Position numbers and translations under genes: made by a program. 64,000 bases of DNA from a virus. Positions 1 to 9,584 of the stretch are shown in pieces; the stretch's first letter is position 1; every line of letters starts with the position of its first letter. Location of the stretch: IMG/VR virus record IMGVR_UViG_3300027849_000009. One strand, given 5' to 3'. A model generated the notes under the pieces. It was not told the origin of the DNA and did not search any database. It saw nothing but the letters and a program-made list of their open reading frames with translations.

Positions 1-642
1 GAGATTATAGAATTTAACGAGACTGGGGGTGACAACTCACTATCATTATATGAATCTGGTGCTATCGGTTCACTCTATTCTAATCTGGATGCTGGTACAG
101 GCAACTCGGTTGATGACCACATGACTATACGTGATATCATCGATGAGTTCTATACCAATGGACTTATATCGCCCGAATCAATTCAGTCAATTTACGATCC
201 TACTTTACTTATTGATGGTAAATTGTCAGACGAATATAACTCAATGCATATACATCAAGTGACATCCTCAGGAACATACAATCAGTTTCCTAGTTATCAT
301 GACGAAACAACTTTACTTGACGGCAATAATGATATAGTCGAATCAAGATTAAAAGTGAAGAACAAGATTATACGTGCTATAATGAAAAAGAATATGCTAG
401 ACATAGGCATGAACGGAACATTCTTTTTTAGCGGATCAGTTGGTGTAGGAAATAAAGTTAGACTTCTTTTCTTGAGTAGTAATGCTGAAGGCGATAATAA
501 AGATTTTGTGGAACAGATAGATATGAGAAAGTCTGGCGATTACTTCATTATAGCAATCAACCACAAATTAACGAGTGAGAAGAATATAACACAACTAAGA
601 CTATCTAAACTCGGCGAACTACCGGATGACTTTAAGTTATGA
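1..642 (+). CDS. Baseplate hub-type protein, 5'-truncated (frame open from base 1)
   Basis: Frame 1 has no stop from base 1 to 642. The C-terminal 'VGNKVRL...SGDYFIIAINH...TQLRLSK' resembles hub/late-control-D-like C-termini. Lies immediately upstream of gp5. Confidence 0.5.
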   Translation, partial: EIIEFNETGGDNSLSLYESGAIGSLYSNLDAGTGNSVDDHMTIRDIIDEFYTNGLISPESIQSIYDPTLLIDGKLSDEYNSMHIHQVTSSGTYNQFPSYHDETTLLDGNNDIVESRLKVKNKIIRAIMKKNMLDIGMNGTFFFSGSVGVGNKVRLLFLSSNAEGDNKDFVEQIDMRKSGDYFIIAINHKLTSEKNITQLRLSKLGELPDDFKL

Positions 643-1520
643 ACATTCTAGCACCCATAAAGAAAGAGTTCTACGGCGATGACGCTCGGTGGTTCTTCGG
701 CACAGTGATTAACGCACATCCACCAGCAGGACTTGAAGGTAGAGTTAAAGTACGTATCAACGGTGTACACAGTCCTAGTACTGGTGACATTCCTGAGAAA
801 GATTTGCCTTGGGCACAAGTACTCATACCGACTACCGAAGGCGGTGCATCTGGCATTGGACGCATTCCCCAAATCGTACAAGGATCATTCGTGTTCGGTA
901 TGTTCATGGATGGTACAACTTCTCAGTTGCCACTTATCATGGGCACATTACCTCGTACAGAATATCCCTCTGCTGTACAGACAGGTCGTAGAAACCCTGA
1001 CGAGAATGCTGTTGACTACACTAAGCGAAGATTACAAAATGTGGTGACACAGAAGTTCAAAGATGATACAATAGAGAAAGCAAGAGTTCCTTTACGTAGA
1101 CAACAGAGCATGAAGTTCTTTATTGATAACGGTTATGATATAATTCATGCCGCTGCAATTACGGGCGCACTTCAAGGACAGTCTCAGTTTGAAATATATG
1201 AAAAATTCTTCTTAGAATCATTTCGTACTCCTAAGTTGGGAATTGCTGGTTGGAAAAAGGTTAGATCAATAGGTAGTCGATACAACAATCTATTGAATTT
1301 CGCGGCACAGTTCTCGCCTAGTTCTGATTGGAAGTCTTTCTCTCTGCAACTTCAATTTGTTCTATATGAATTGAGAACACAATTCGCACAAGAGAACAGT
1401 CGATTGATAGCAACAGTAAATATTAAGGATGCAAGTGAAGTGGTGAACAGATACTATCTCAAGAATACTAATACAACTAACAGACTTGCACAACAAGCAT
1501 ATGATGAGGTAATGGTCTAA
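639..1520 (+). CDS. gp5: gp5 N-terminal OB-fold fused to a degenerate phage-tail-lysozyme (Phage_lysozyme2-like) domain
   Basis: 'WFFGTV...GRVKVRINGVH...DLPWAQVLIP...GSFVFGMFMDG...PLIMGTLP' is the gp5 OB-fold. 'AAAITGALQGQS...GIAGW...LQLQFVLYEL' is tail-lysozyme-like. Confidence 0.85.
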   Translation: MNILAPIKKEFYGDDARWFFGTVINAHPPAGLEGRVKVRINGVHSPSTGDIPEKDLPWAQVLIPTTEGGASGIGRIPQIVQGSFVFGMFMDGTTSQLPLIMGTLPRTEYPSAVQTGRRNPDENAVDYTKRRLQNVVTQKFKDDTIEKARVPLRRQQSMKFFIDNGYDIIHAAAITGALQGQSQFEIYEKFFLESFRTPKLGIAGWKKVRSIGSRYNNLLNFAAQFSPSSDWKSFSLQLQFVLYELRTQFAQENSRLIATVNIKDASEVVNRYYLKNTNTTNRLAQQAYDEVMV

Positions 1521-3427
1521 TGTCTAACAGTGATATTCTCAAGGAGAAGTTGGCGAATGCACAGAGTTCTGTTGATACAACGCCTATTACCAATGCAGGT
1601 AACGATGCAGTAAAGAACTTAAAGAATCAAGTAGAAACAACTACAGGACAGATAGCGGGTCAAGTAGAAGGTGGTATTCAATCACTAACATCTAAGGTTG
1701 ATAAGTTTCAGGACAAGTTGAACACAACAACTGTCGAAGGACTAGTTGATGATGGTATTGCTAGTCTCGAAGGAATGGCAACCAATGCTGTGGGTAAACT
1801 TGCAACAGACTTTCTAGGAAAGTTCGGTTCATCTGTTAAAGTAACATTCACAGAACCAGATTCTGCGGGTATGGTATATCCTCTGGCAGCATCTCTTGTT
1901 CCTCAAGGCGGAGTAAGTCCTACTGTCGCATCTATAATTCAAGCGATCACTGGTCTAGGAATTGATACGGGTAGTCTACAGAAAGCAGTAGTCGATGGCA
2001 GTCCTCAAGGTCTCTTGGCCGCAAGCGAAGGAATAGTCGGTCAGATTGGTGCTTTCAGTGGTGCTGAAGCAATCGCAAAACTAACAGAAACCGCTGTCAA
2101 CTCAGTAACCGACGTACTCAAAGACGCGGCAACTGGTGCATTAAGTCAAGTTTTAGATGCTGGAGATAATGTTCTTAATAGTATCAACAAAAACTTATCG
2201 TTTCCGAGTGGTTGGGATTCGAACGGCGAAGCAACTGCATACACTGCTGTTACAGGAGCAATGGAAAATAACGACAGTGCATTCAATCAATCCATGGCAC
2301 AGTTATCTGGTTCGATAACAGACTTGAGAGCAACAGTAACTAGCGCACAAGAGATCAAAGCAAACAAAGCAGGCGAAATATCTGACCTAGCAAATCTATC
2401 TGGCGGTAAAGACGGAAAGACTGTTCAAGCAGATGTTGATAAAGGTGCTGAATATAGATCACTGTACGACAAGAAAGGTAGTGAGTATCGTACTCTTGTT
2501 AAAACAAAGATTGCAAATGACTCTAAGCGTGGTGTCATTCAAGGACTCAATCAAGAGACACTGAAGAATATCAACAAAGAGTTCTATGAGTTTACATTTC
2601 CTAGAAGCATGTCAAAAGAAGAGATTACTGAAATCGTTGATTTATGTCAGGGAGATGCTGCCGAGTTCTCTGATGCTGTTCGAAGAATGTTTGAGATAAC
2701 AGGTAAAGAACACGCACTGATTAAAACTTTTCTGAAGACTATTGATACGACTATCTTTAGCGCAACTTCTCCTATATTATCAGATAAAGTATTTGGTACT
2801 CCTTATGTTATAGGATCATTCAGAGAGTCATGGAAACAGGGAGCAGGTGATCCGTCATTCCCTTACATATCATCTCGTGAAGAACTTCAGGCAGAGTTGA
2901 AAAATCTTAGTCGAGAAGTTACTGAGGTTGTTACTCATTGGACAGAGACTCACACGAACAAGAATATCGGGTCAGAAGAGATTAATAAATATCACATCAG
3001 CGCAGGTCTAGATGGTATCGGTTATCATTATGTTATCAGAAGAGATGGTTCATTGCAACGAGGACGTCCACTTAATATAGAAGGACAACATTCGCCTCTC
3101 AATGGTCATGATAAACGTAGTATAGGAATAGTATTTGTCGGTGGTATTAACGTACCGAGTGAAACGCCCAACAGCGAAAACTTTCTATCTGCTCAGTCAT
3201 TGACCAGAAGTCAAATCAATACATTCGACCACTTCTGTCGTGCAACATATAATATATTACCTGGCGCACAGATTGTAGGACACAGTAACATTGACGAAGA
3301 TGAGTTTGATCCGGGGTTCGATGTTATCAGTTATGTTAGAGCAAACTTCGGTAAGAAGAGTATGTTCCAAACTCCTCTCATTGACAGACCCTTTACAATA
3401 GAAGAGTTATTAACAAATGACAAATAA
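1520..3427 (+). CDS. Baseplate-associated protein with C-terminal N-acetylmuramoyl-L-alanine amidase (Amidase_2/T7 lysozyme-like)
   Basis: 'VVTHWT...IGYHYVIRRDGSLQRGRP...GQH...SIGIVFVGG...IVGH...DPGFDV'. The long A/G/S/T-rich N-terminal part is probably helical. Confidence 0.85.
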   Translation: MSNSDILKEKLANAQSSVDTTPITNAGNDAVKNLKNQVETTTGQIAGQVEGGIQSLTSKVDKFQDKLNTTTVEGLVDDGIASLEGMATNAVGKLATDFLGKFGSSVKVTFTEPDSAGMVYPLAASLVPQGGVSPTVASIIQAITGLGIDTGSLQKAVVDGSPQGLLAASEGIVGQIGAFSGAEAIAKLTETAVNSVTDVLKDAATGALSQVLDAGDNVLNSINKNLSFPSGWDSNGEATAYTAVTGAMENNDSAFNQSMAQLSGSITDLRATVTSAQEIKANKAGEISDLANLSGGKDGKTVQADVDKGAEYRSLYDKKGSEYRTLVKTKIANDSKRGVIQGLNQETLKNINKEFYEFTFPRSMSKEEITEIVDLCQGDAAEFSDAVRRMFEITGKEHALIKTFLKTIDTTIFSATSPILSDKVFGTPYVIGSFRESWKQGAGDPSFPYISSREELQAELKNLSREVTEVVTHWTETHTNKNIGSEEINKYHISAGLDGIGYHYVIRRDGSLQRGRPLNIEGQHSPLNGHDKRSIGIVFVGGINVPSETPNSENFLSAQSLTRSQINTFDHFCRATYNILPGAQIVGHSNIDEDEFDPGFDVISYVRANFGKKSMFQTPLIDRPFTIEELLTNDK

Positions 3428-4877
3428 AGTAGACGATCTCAACTCACGGCAGTTTCGAACTGCAATGGGCATCGGCGCAGAAGTGACCGAGGGTGTTCCT
3501 AAAGATGGGTTTGCGGATGCGTCTGGTGAATATCCTAATAAAGAATACTTCTTCGGTAATAGTATAAACAAAGCGGCGAAGGGCGAAGAGATAAACAATC
3601 TTGATTTGGGCGGTGGTGACTTCGGAGTATCAATTAATATTCCATCACAGAAACCATCACAGTTTCCATATAATCAAGTGCAACAAACACAGTCTGGTCA
3701 TTCTATAGAAGTAGATGACACTCCTGGTGGGGAACGTATTCTTCTCAAGCATAGAACAGGTGCTGGTGTAGAAGTACGTGCTGACGGTACTGTTCTGATA
3801 GTCTCGAAGAATCAGAAGATTGAAGTTACTGGCGGTGATCATACAACTATTATTGAAGGAGAAGGCAATCTTGTATATAAAGGCAATCTTAATCTTACAG
3901 TGTCTGGCGACTATAATGTTGATGTTGGAGGTAATTACAACGTCAAGGTTGCAGGAGATAAAAAGGAAGAAATTAAAGGAAGACACACAAAAACTGTGAA
4001 CAAAGACCAGAACTATACTATACGCGGGTCGCGTGGTAGTCAAGTAGTTGGCATGAACACAGAAACAATACTCGGTGATAACAATGTTATTGTCGCAGGT
4101 AAACAACAGAACTTAGTACAAGGCAATATAGAAATACTAACAGGCGCCTCACTAATTACGACTGCTGTTAATGAGTGGGTTGCGGCGGCATCGACTGCTA
4201 ATGTAACAGCACGACACGTTAGTATAATTGGTCACAAAGGAACTATCGGTGGACCACTTGTCGATTACTACGGTAAAACATATGGCGGTATGCCAGGTGG
4301 TTTGACTAATCTGTCAACATTCTACGGCACACTTGTAGGTAAAGCATCTGAATCAATTCATGCCGACTATGCTATTGTATCATCTATAGCGCAGTTTGCA
4401 GCAGGCGCGGCGACTGCAATCATTGCTAAGAAAGAAGCACCATGTGTAGTAAAAGGACCATCACCAAAACCAGGTGTCATGCCCTTCATACCAGTACCTC
4501 CTACTGCGCCTCTGCCAAACCCTGCTATCATTGAGTCACAGTTAGCAACAAGTAATTATGGTATCAGAAACATTGTGGTTGATGCAAAACTAGCAGAGAA
4601 GATAAGCAAGTCAGATGACTATAAAGGTTTATTCAACTTTGATCCTACGATTCATGAGATTCGTTCTAAGATGAGAGATCCTGCTAACTTTGATAATGGT
4701 GGGTTCACGAGTTATCTAGTGAGTGAAGGCAAACTAAACCCGGACTTTAAGAAGAACATTCCTCGAAACATTGGACGATCTGCATCTAAGAAAGGAACTA
4801 TTAGATTCGGCATAAACACTCTCGGCAACAACCCTGCTGACACTAGAAGCAAGCGATTTAAGGTAAATACGAAATGA
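3417..4877 (+). CDS. gp5: gp5 C-terminal part (beta-helix spike) with C-terminal extension
   Basis: 'FPYNQVQQTQSGHSIEVDDTPGGERILLKHRTG' followed by VxGD/VxGN 8-residue beta-helix repeats. Confidence 0.85.
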   Translation: MTNKVDDLNSRQFRTAMGIGAEVTEGVPKDGFADASGEYPNKEYFFGNSINKAAKGEEINNLDLGGGDFGVSINIPSQKPSQFPYNQVQQTQSGHSIEVDDTPGGERILLKHRTGAGVEVRADGTVLIVSKNQKIEVTGGDHTTIIEGEGNLVYKGNLNLTVSGDYNVDVGGNYNVKVAGDKKEEIKGRHTKTVNKDQNYTIRGSRGSQVVGMNTETILGDNNVIVAGKQQNLVQGNIEILTGASLITTAVNEWVAAASTANVTARHVSIIGHKGTIGGPLVDYYGKTYGGMPGGLTNLSTFYGTLVGKASESIHADYAIVSSIAQFAAGAATAIIAKKEAPCVVKGPSPKPGVMPFIPVPPTAPLPNPAIIESQLATSNYGIRNIVVDAKLAEKISKSDDYKGLFNFDPTIHEIRSKMRDPANFDNGGFTSYLVSEGKLNPDFKKNIPRNIGRSASKKGTIRFGINTLGNNPADTRSKRFKVNTK

Positions 4878-5617
4878 AGTTATTGGTAGATCCACAATAT
4901 AATCCAGAGTTTGAAACGTCTATCACATCAGCAACTAAACTTGGTGCAGGTATAACACTTGCTAAGTTTCTGGGTGCTAAAGGATCACGTACACAGTTAG
5001 AGAAACTATATGCTGACGGTTTCTTTGGTGCACCTGATACAGCACAGATTGCTAGAAACTTAGTTCTTCATGCGCAGGCAATACAAACCGTGACAGGCAA
5101 TTCATTCTTTTCTAAACATAGACTAGTAGTGAGTGAAGGGATATATGAACCTAATCCTAAGTTTGTTATACAAGAGACTAAAGTAAACGACGAAGCGGCA
5201 GCAAAGAAACTCGCAGAGAATAATAAAGGTTCTTACGGTAAAGGTCCTGATGGATGGTTAGCAAGAATACCAGTATACACTGGCGAGAAACCAACGTCAA
5301 ATAGTATTAATGACTTACGAAGAACTGGACGCACAGTAGTATATCAACTAATCGATCAACAAGGTAAGACTGATCCTAGAGTGTCGTTTGATCTAGCAGT
5401 GTTCTGGAAAGATTATGTGAACTATGATAAGTTGACACTTGACTATGATACGTTTGATCCGAATGGCGATCTCACTTGCTCTATTATATTAGAGATGCCA
5501 AAAGTTGGTGCTGATTATGATGTAAGTTACAAGTATAATCTTGAAACGACTTATAATGGTGAACTTCAGTCGAAAGATGAGTTATTAGAGATACTTCCTG
5601 AAGAAGAATATAATTGA
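4874..5617 (+). CDS. Hypothetical baseplate-associated protein, possibly a degenerate peptidase M15-like fold
   Basis: 'KLGAGITLAKFL...IARNL...YDKLTLDY' resembles the M15A scaffold, but no His/Asp zinc motif is visible. Overlaps the gp5-C stop (ATGA). Confidence 0.45.
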   Translation: MKLLVDPQYNPEFETSITSATKLGAGITLAKFLGAKGSRTQLEKLYADGFFGAPDTAQIARNLVLHAQAIQTVTGNSFFSKHRLVVSEGIYEPNPKFVIQETKVNDEAAAKKLAENNKGSYGKGPDGWLARIPVYTGEKPTSNSINDLRRTGRTVVYQLIDQQGKTDPRVSFDLAVFWKDYVNYDKLTLDYDTFDPNGDLTCSIILEMPKVGADYDVSYKYNLETTYNGELQSKDELLEILPEEEYN

Positions 5618-5637
5618 TTTATCTCTTAAAAATAACA

Positions 5638-5645
5638 TATAAATA
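5638..5645 (+). promoter_or_regulatory. T4-type late promoter TATAAATA
   Basis: Exact TATAAATA in the intergenic gap upstream of gp25. gp55 is encoded in the window. Confidence 0.8.
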
Positions 5646-5667
5646 AAAGAAAAAGGATTGTAGTAGC

Positions 5668-6342
5668 ATGGCGAAGATTTTTTCAGCAGAGGATGGTAAT
5701 CTCAGTACGAGTGTAAGAGTCGTGCGCGACCGTCTGTACTCTGATTTTGATCTGACGTTTGAGGCGAATACTACTAGTGGTGGTGATGTATATGGCAAGA
5801 CGGATGCTGCCTCAGTAAAGCAAGCAATCAAAACACTACTACTAACGAATCGTTTTGAGAAACCTTATAGACCTCAGTTTGGTGCAGACTTAGGTGGTCT
5901 ACTCTTCAATCTTGCTGATGCTGATACTGGCGAAGAAATATCATCTGCTATCAAATCAGCAATAGAAAGATATGAACCACGAGTAGTAATAACACGACTA
6001 CAAGTCTCCGCAACACCAGACTACAATAGTATCGATGTAGTGGTCGAATTTCGTGTAATAAATACGAATCAAGTTGATACATTAAGATTAGCAGTAGGCG
6101 GACAGACAGCAGGTCCTGCATTACCTATCGAATTGCCAGTTACACCTGATCAAATTATTGATCGAGTTATACTATCAGAGAGAGAAGGTGTAGTTACTCT
6201 ACGAACATTGACGGAAGCAGGCGCATTCTTAATTAGAGATATCGGTAAGTCTGTTGACGGTGCAATATTAACACAAGACGGTGATGAAATTTCGTTCTCT
6301 GATAATTCAGGTAACGTATTAATCATCACTGAAGGATTATAA
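5668..6342 (+). CDS. gp25: Baseplate wedge subunit gp25 with C-terminal extension
   Basis: 'YSDFDLTF...SVKQAIKTLLLTNRFEKPYRPQFGADL...IERYEPRV'. Confidence 0.92.
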   Translation: MAKIFSAEDGNLSTSVRVVRDRLYSDFDLTFEANTTSGGDVYGKTDAASVKQAIKTLLLTNRFEKPYRPQFGADLGGLLFNLADADTGEEISSAIKSAIERYEPRVVITRLQVSATPDYNSIDVVVEFRVINTNQVDTLRLAVGGQTAGPALPIELPVTPDQIIDRVILSEREGVVTLRTLTEAGAFLIRDIGKSVDGAILTQDGDEISFSDNSGNVLIITEGL

Positions 6343-6359
6343 TAAGAGGATAACCAGTA

Positions 6360-8147
6360 ATGGCAACAACTATTAAATCTACGGATTTAGATTTTGATGC
6401 AATCAAGAATAGTCTTAAAACACATTTGATACGCTCGGGTGAGTTTAATGATTATAACTTCGAAGGATCAGCACTGTCTAGTCTACTAGATGTGTTGGCA
6501 TACAACACACATCAAAATTCACTGGTCGCTAACTACGCTTTGAATGAATCCTTTTTGAGTACTGCGCAGATGCGTTCCTCATTAGTTGGACTAGCAGGTG
6601 GTTTGGGTTACACTGTCAATTCAAGAACTGCGGCATATGCTGTAGTGAATCTTTGGATAGAAGACACCGAAAATCCATCTAGTGTTACGATGCCCGCAGG
6701 TTTTAAGTTCACTACCACTGTTGACAATCTAACGTACACTTTCCAGACTCGCGATACATTGACAGCAACAAACAATGGTAGCAATCTATATTACTTTACT
6801 GCGAACTCTAACATCAATGTTCCTATATACGAAGGTACTACTAAGAGCAAGAACTTTATTGCAGGTGAAACTGCCTCAACGGATTCGTTCGTTATTCCTG
6901 TAACCAATATTGATATCGCAACTATCAAAGTTACTGTATTCGAAGATCCTTCGCATCTTGTCGGAACCGTTTATACTAACATCAGTGACGCAACAACTAT
7001 TGATGTGAACTCCGCAATATTCGTAGCAAAAGAAACGCCGAATGGTTTCTACGAAGTGTCGTTTGGTAACGGTGTTCGATTCACTAACACTACTCCTAAA
7101 GCGGGTAACAGAATACTAGTTGAATATACTACAGTTGCAGGTCCTTCAGCAAATGGTGCTAGAGTATTTACTGCTGAAAGTACTGTGGGCGGTAAGACAT
7201 TAAACATCACTAGCGGAACTGCTGGCGGTGGTAATGAAAAAGAAAGCATCGAATCTATTCGTAAGAATGCTCCTTATCTCTATGCGTCACAGAATAGAAT
7301 GGTTACTGCCGAAGACTATGCGGCACTAACACTACGTAATTTCAAGAATGTTATCAGCGACATTAAAGCATGGGGCGGACAAGACAATGTTCCACCTAGA
7401 TACGGTTCTGTATATCTTTCGGTTGACTTTACTACAGAAGATGCTACAGTGATTGCATCTACTAAAGAATCAATTAAGAAACTTGCTAAAGATTTGTCTG
7501 TTGCATCGTTTGAACTTCAGTTCACAGATCCAGTTAATACTTTCTTAGAAGTAACTACATTCTTTCAGTTCAATCCTAGATTAACATCAGTAGGTCAAAG
7601 CGCAGTTGAAGCACTAGTACAGAGTGCAACTTCAGATTACTTTGATGAGAACCTAGGCAAGTTCAATCAATCATTCAGACGTTCTAATTTGCTGTCAGAT
7701 ATTGATGCTGTTGATGGTTCGGTACTGTCTAGTCGAGCATCAATTAAGATGCAATCAAGATTCGATCCTGCCGATGGCGCGATTGATTATGTCATCGACT
7801 ATCCTGCTCCAATTGCACAACCTGATGACGTTGAATATACCATACAGAGCGAGAACTTTTTCTTGAACGGTAAGACTTGTTTCTTACGTAATAGAATTAG
7901 TACAAGTACAATCGAAGCAATTAATGTTGCTGACGGTCTTGTTGAATCAGATGTAATTGGATCATATGATGCACCTAATGGCGTACTTACTCTTAATGCC
8001 TTTGCTGGTTCTTTGATCTCAGGTGAATTCATGAAGATTGTTGCAACACCTGCTAATGAATCAGTTATTAATCCAACACGAAACAATATTCTGAAGTTCG
8101 ACAACGAAGCGTCTATCGCCAGAGCAGTGCTTACAGACACCTTATAA
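6360..8147 (+). CDS. gp6: Baseplate wedge subunit gp6
   Basis: 'LDFDAIKNSLK...DYNFEGSALSSLLDVLAYNTH...ESFLSTAQMRSS' and 'ESIESIRKNAP...QNRMVTAEDY'. Confidence 0.95.
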   Translation: MATTIKSTDLDFDAIKNSLKTHLIRSGEFNDYNFEGSALSSLLDVLAYNTHQNSLVANYALNESFLSTAQMRSSLVGLAGGLGYTVNSRTAAYAVVNLWIEDTENPSSVTMPAGFKFTTTVDNLTYTFQTRDTLTATNNGSNLYYFTANSNINVPIYEGTTKSKNFIAGETASTDSFVIPVTNIDIATIKVTVFEDPSHLVGTVYTNISDATTIDVNSAIFVAKETPNGFYEVSFGNGVRFTNTTPKAGNRILVEYTTVAGPSANGARVFTAESTVGGKTLNITSGTAGGGNEKESIESIRKNAPYLYASQNRMVTAEDYAALTLRNFKNVISDIKAWGGQDNVPPRYGSVYLSVDFTTEDATVIASTKESIKKLAKDLSVASFELQFTDPVNTFLEVTTFFQFNPRLTSVGQSAVEALVQSATSDYFDENLGKFNQSFRRSNLLSDIDAVDGSVLSSRASIKMQSRFDPADGAIDYVIDYPAPIAQPDDVEYTIQSENFFLNGKTCFLRNRISTSTIEAINVADGLVESDVIGSYDAPNGVLTLNAFAGSLISGEFMKIVATPANESVINPTRNNILKFDNEASIARAVLTDTL

Positions 8148-8150
8148 ATA
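8143..8150 (+). promoter_or_regulatory. T4-type late promoter TATAAATA
   Basis: Exact motif overlapping the gp6 stop, upstream of gp8. Confidence 0.75.
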
Positions 8151-8177
8151 GATCCATATTACTAAAGAGAAAAATAA

Positions 8178-9572
8178 ATGACATCTGCAATTACTAATAC
8201 GTTTAGGAGTCTTCTTTTAGATCAACTGAAAGAAGACATCGACGGCAACAGCGAGAACTATTACATAGGTCTTGCAAGGGCGGACTTGATTACCAATCCT
8301 ACGATTGAGAACTCAGTATATGCGCAGAATCAAGTTAGACATTCTCTTCAGGCAGTCAAGGCGCTGAATAATGCATCTCATGTTATTAAGAATGTTACTT
8401 GGTCAACTGGATTTGCATACGAAGCATATAACGATGCGATATCCGCACAAGAGAACTTCTATGTTATCAATTCATCGAAAGAAGTGTTTCTTTGTATAGA
8501 GCAAGGTAAGAATGCTGAAGGTGTTGTTCAGAACTGTGTGAACGAACCATTCGCATCACACGAGCGTTCTGTTGAGAATGGTGGTGGACTAGCATCAGAT
8601 GGTAAAACTTTCATTCTTGAAGACCTCTACAAGTGGCGTTATCTATTCACATTGTCTAACCTAGCATACGCTACATATAAGACAAACCAATGGATTCCAG
8701 TTAAGAAAGCACTTGCTGTTGCAACTATCGCTGAAGAGATTGAGCAATATGCACTACAGCAAGCATCGGTTGATGGTGAAATTCTTAGTGTTGAAATTGT
8801 TGATGGTGGAGATAGTTACTCTGCAACTCCTGATCTTATTATAGATGGTGATGGTACTTTAGCAGATTTCGAAGTTACTATTAACAACGGCAGTGTCGTA
8901 AAAGTAGAAGTTTCACAAAGCGCACTTGATGCATCATTTCAACATGGTTCTGGTTATCGTTGTGCTAGAGCAACATTATCAGCGGGTAACGCAGTACTGC
9001 GACCAATCATATCTCCACCAAAAGGCACACATGACGATCCAACTAAGATTCTAAAGTCTGTTGCTCTAATGTTACAAGCAGATTTTAAATCAGACGAAGA
9101 CGCGAAGATTCGAACAGAGAATGATTTTTATCAAACATGTTTACTCAGAGATTTGAAGAAGTACGGTGATAGTGACGGTGAAGGTGGATATACTCCTACC
9201 GACTCAGACTATGATTTGAATGTTGGTAGCGCATTAAAAATTCTACAGATTAATAAAACAGACGGTGTGTTTGGTCCAGACGATTTATTCTCTAATGCAG
9301 AAAACACCATACAAGGTAAAGTGTATCACTATGATTCAGCAGGTGATACAAAGTTGTATTATTATCAAGACGAGACTACTGGGTTCGGTAAATTTAATAC
9401 CGGTGCCGCTCTTGTCAATAGAACCGTAACAGGCACCGGAGAGATTATTCAATTATTTAATCCTGACGTTGACGCCACAACCGGTGATATTTTACACATA
9501 AATAATGTTGGACAGATAACACGCGGTTCTAATCAAACCGAAGACATTCGCATCGTAATTCAGTTAGGATAA
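8178..9572 (+). CDS. gp8: Baseplate wedge subunit gp8
   Basis: 'YYIGLAR...FYVINS...VFLCI...YKWRYLF...GDILHINN...RGSNQTEDIRIVIQ'. Confidence 0.88.
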   Translation: MTSAITNTFRSLLLDQLKEDIDGNSENYYIGLARADLITNPTIENSVYAQNQVRHSLQAVKALNNASHVIKNVTWSTGFAYEAYNDAISAQENFYVINSSKEVFLCIEQGKNAEGVVQNCVNEPFASHERSVENGGGLASDGKTFILEDLYKWRYLFTLSNLAYATYKTNQWIPVKKALAVATIAEEIEQYALQQASVDGEILSVEIVDGGDSYSATPDLIIDGDGTLADFEVTINNGSVVKVEVSQSALDASFQHGSGYRCARATLSAGNAVLRPIISPPKGTHDDPTKILKSVALMLQADFKSDEDAKIRTENDFYQTCLLRDLKKYGDSDGEGGYTPTDSDYDLNVGSALKILQINKTDGVFGPDDLFSNAENTIQGKVYHYDSAGDTKLYYYQDETTGFGKFNTGAALVNRTVTGTGEIIQLFNPDVDATTGDILHINNVGQITRGSNQTEDIRIVIQLG

Positions 9573-9584
9573 GAGACTAAAAAC

